Shown here: positions 15,174 to 15,847 of the stretch, piece by piece
Layout of the letters: every line of letters begins with the position of its first letter
Position numbering within the stretch: the stretch's first letter is position 1
NCBI GenBank assembly: GCA_038858525.1
Contig: JAWCFL010000038.1
Span: forward strand, 1 to 15,847
Origin: Candidatus Jordarchaeales archaeon
GTDB taxonomy: Archaea; Asgardarchaeota; Jordiarchaeia; Jordiarchaeales; Freyrarchaeaceae
Direction: 5' to 3'
DNA length: 15,847 bases
Program-made: the position numbers and the translations under genes
The notes under the pieces: model-generated
What the model was told of the DNA's origin: nothing
What the model saw: only the letters and a program-made list of their open reading frames with translations
The model's database searches: none

Positions 15174-15847
15174 TTAGTACTCTATGCCTATTCTTGCCTG
15201 CACTCCCCTCCTATACGGATGCTTAACCTCTCTCATTTCCGTAACTAGGTCCGCTGCCTCAATAACCTCTTTCGGCGCGTCTCTTCCAGTAAGCACGACT
15301 TCAACGTTTTCAGCCTTCTCAGCGAGTAATCTTATGACATCCTCCAGCCTGATGAGTTTTAGGTTTAGGGCAGTGTTTACCTCATCCAGTATGACGACGT
15401 CGTAATCCCCGCTCATCACTGCATCCCTCGCTTTTCTAAGAGCTTTCTCGGCTTCAACGTAATCCTCCTCCGATGGCGGGTTCGAAACGAAACGTCCACG
15501 GCCATAAGCTTCAAGGTGAAGGTTAGGAAGGTAAACTGACGAGTACAGTTCCCCGTAGTCGAAACCTCCCTTAATGAACTGTATTACACATACGCGTAGC
15601 CCTCTACCTATAGCCCTCAGCGCCAGCCCGAAGGCCGCACTCGTCTTACCCTTACCGTTGCCCGTGTAAACCTGAACAAGCCCCCTTTCAAGTCTGCGGC
15701 GAGGCGGAGGTGACACGTACTCGGCTTTAAGTACTCTCGCCAGTATCTCCTCAGCAGCGCTTTTCAAGTCCAGCTCGCCAGTCTCCACAAGTCTCTCTAT
15801 GGACCTAAACTCCTCCCTTTTCATTATGTTGAAAATCTTCTCCTCGA
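15174..15847 (-). CDS. cobA: Cob(I)yrinic acid a,c-diamide adenosyltransferase (CobA/BtuR/CobO type), probably the C-terminal domain of a longer 5'-truncated fusion
   Basis: GLVQVYTGNGKGKTSAAFGLALRA.G, IQFIKG, VILDEVN, VVLTGR.AP, ADLVTEMREVKHPY..G..AR.GIEY. The frame stays open upstream of ATG 15824 to the edge (xEEKIFNI), with no RBS seen. Confidence 0.9.
   Translation of the reverse strand, partial: EEKIFNIMKREEFRSIERLVETGELDLKSAAEEILARVLKAEYVSPPPRRRLERGLVQVYTGNGKGKTSAAFGLALRAIGRGLRVCVIQFIKGGFDYGELYSSVYLPNLHLEAYGRGRFVSNPPSEEDYVEAEKALRKARDAVMSGDYDVVILDEVNTALNLKLIRLEDVIRLLAEKAENVEVVLTGRDAPKEVIEAADLVTEMREVKHPYRRGVQARIGIEY

Noticed and set aside
8813-15405. Remaining overlapping track ORFs (8813-9094, 9200-9598, 9435-9722, 10306-10554, 10940-11185, 12170-12502, 12214-12405, 12474-12719, 13177-13428, 13706-13957, 13837-14082, 15184-15405), and likewise 6812-7024, 7418-7717, 7494-7682 and 8437-8628
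   Set aside because: All overlap motif-supported genes on the opposite strand or in another frame and show no independent coding evidence.

Overview
Archaeal chromosomal window with strong GGAGG/GGTGA ribosome-binding sites, many TTG/GTG starts and AT-rich TATA-type intergenic regions. A 7TM protein fused to a longin-like domain suggests an Asgard archaeon (inference). In order: partial unknown gene, DUF504 protein, flavodoxin, small orphan proteins, a membrane-anchored surface glycoprotein, a Co/Ni ECF transporter (cbiM-cbiQ-cbiO, no cbiN), a CBS protein, a HEPN-MNT pair, a partly decayed NifX-like / Mrp / DUF134 operon, the 7TM-longin gene, isf-afpA, a second degenerate MNT-HEPN pair with a perfect 215-bp internal repeat, an MBL-fold hydrolase, and a CobA/BtuR adenosyltransferase. 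Most notable: (1) the adenosyltransferase frame is open to the window edge and its upstream part resembles a MeaB/ArgK C-terminus, suggesting a MeaB-CobA fusion; (2) CbiM has a His-rich double-HExxH insert and CbiO has Phe at the H-switch; (3) two frameshifted genes missed or mis-called by the ORF track flank an intact mrp; (4) an identical duplication lies inside a catalytically degenerate MNT. All family assignments come from motif recognition, not database searches. No rRNA, tRNA, CRISPR array or recognisable IS element was found.
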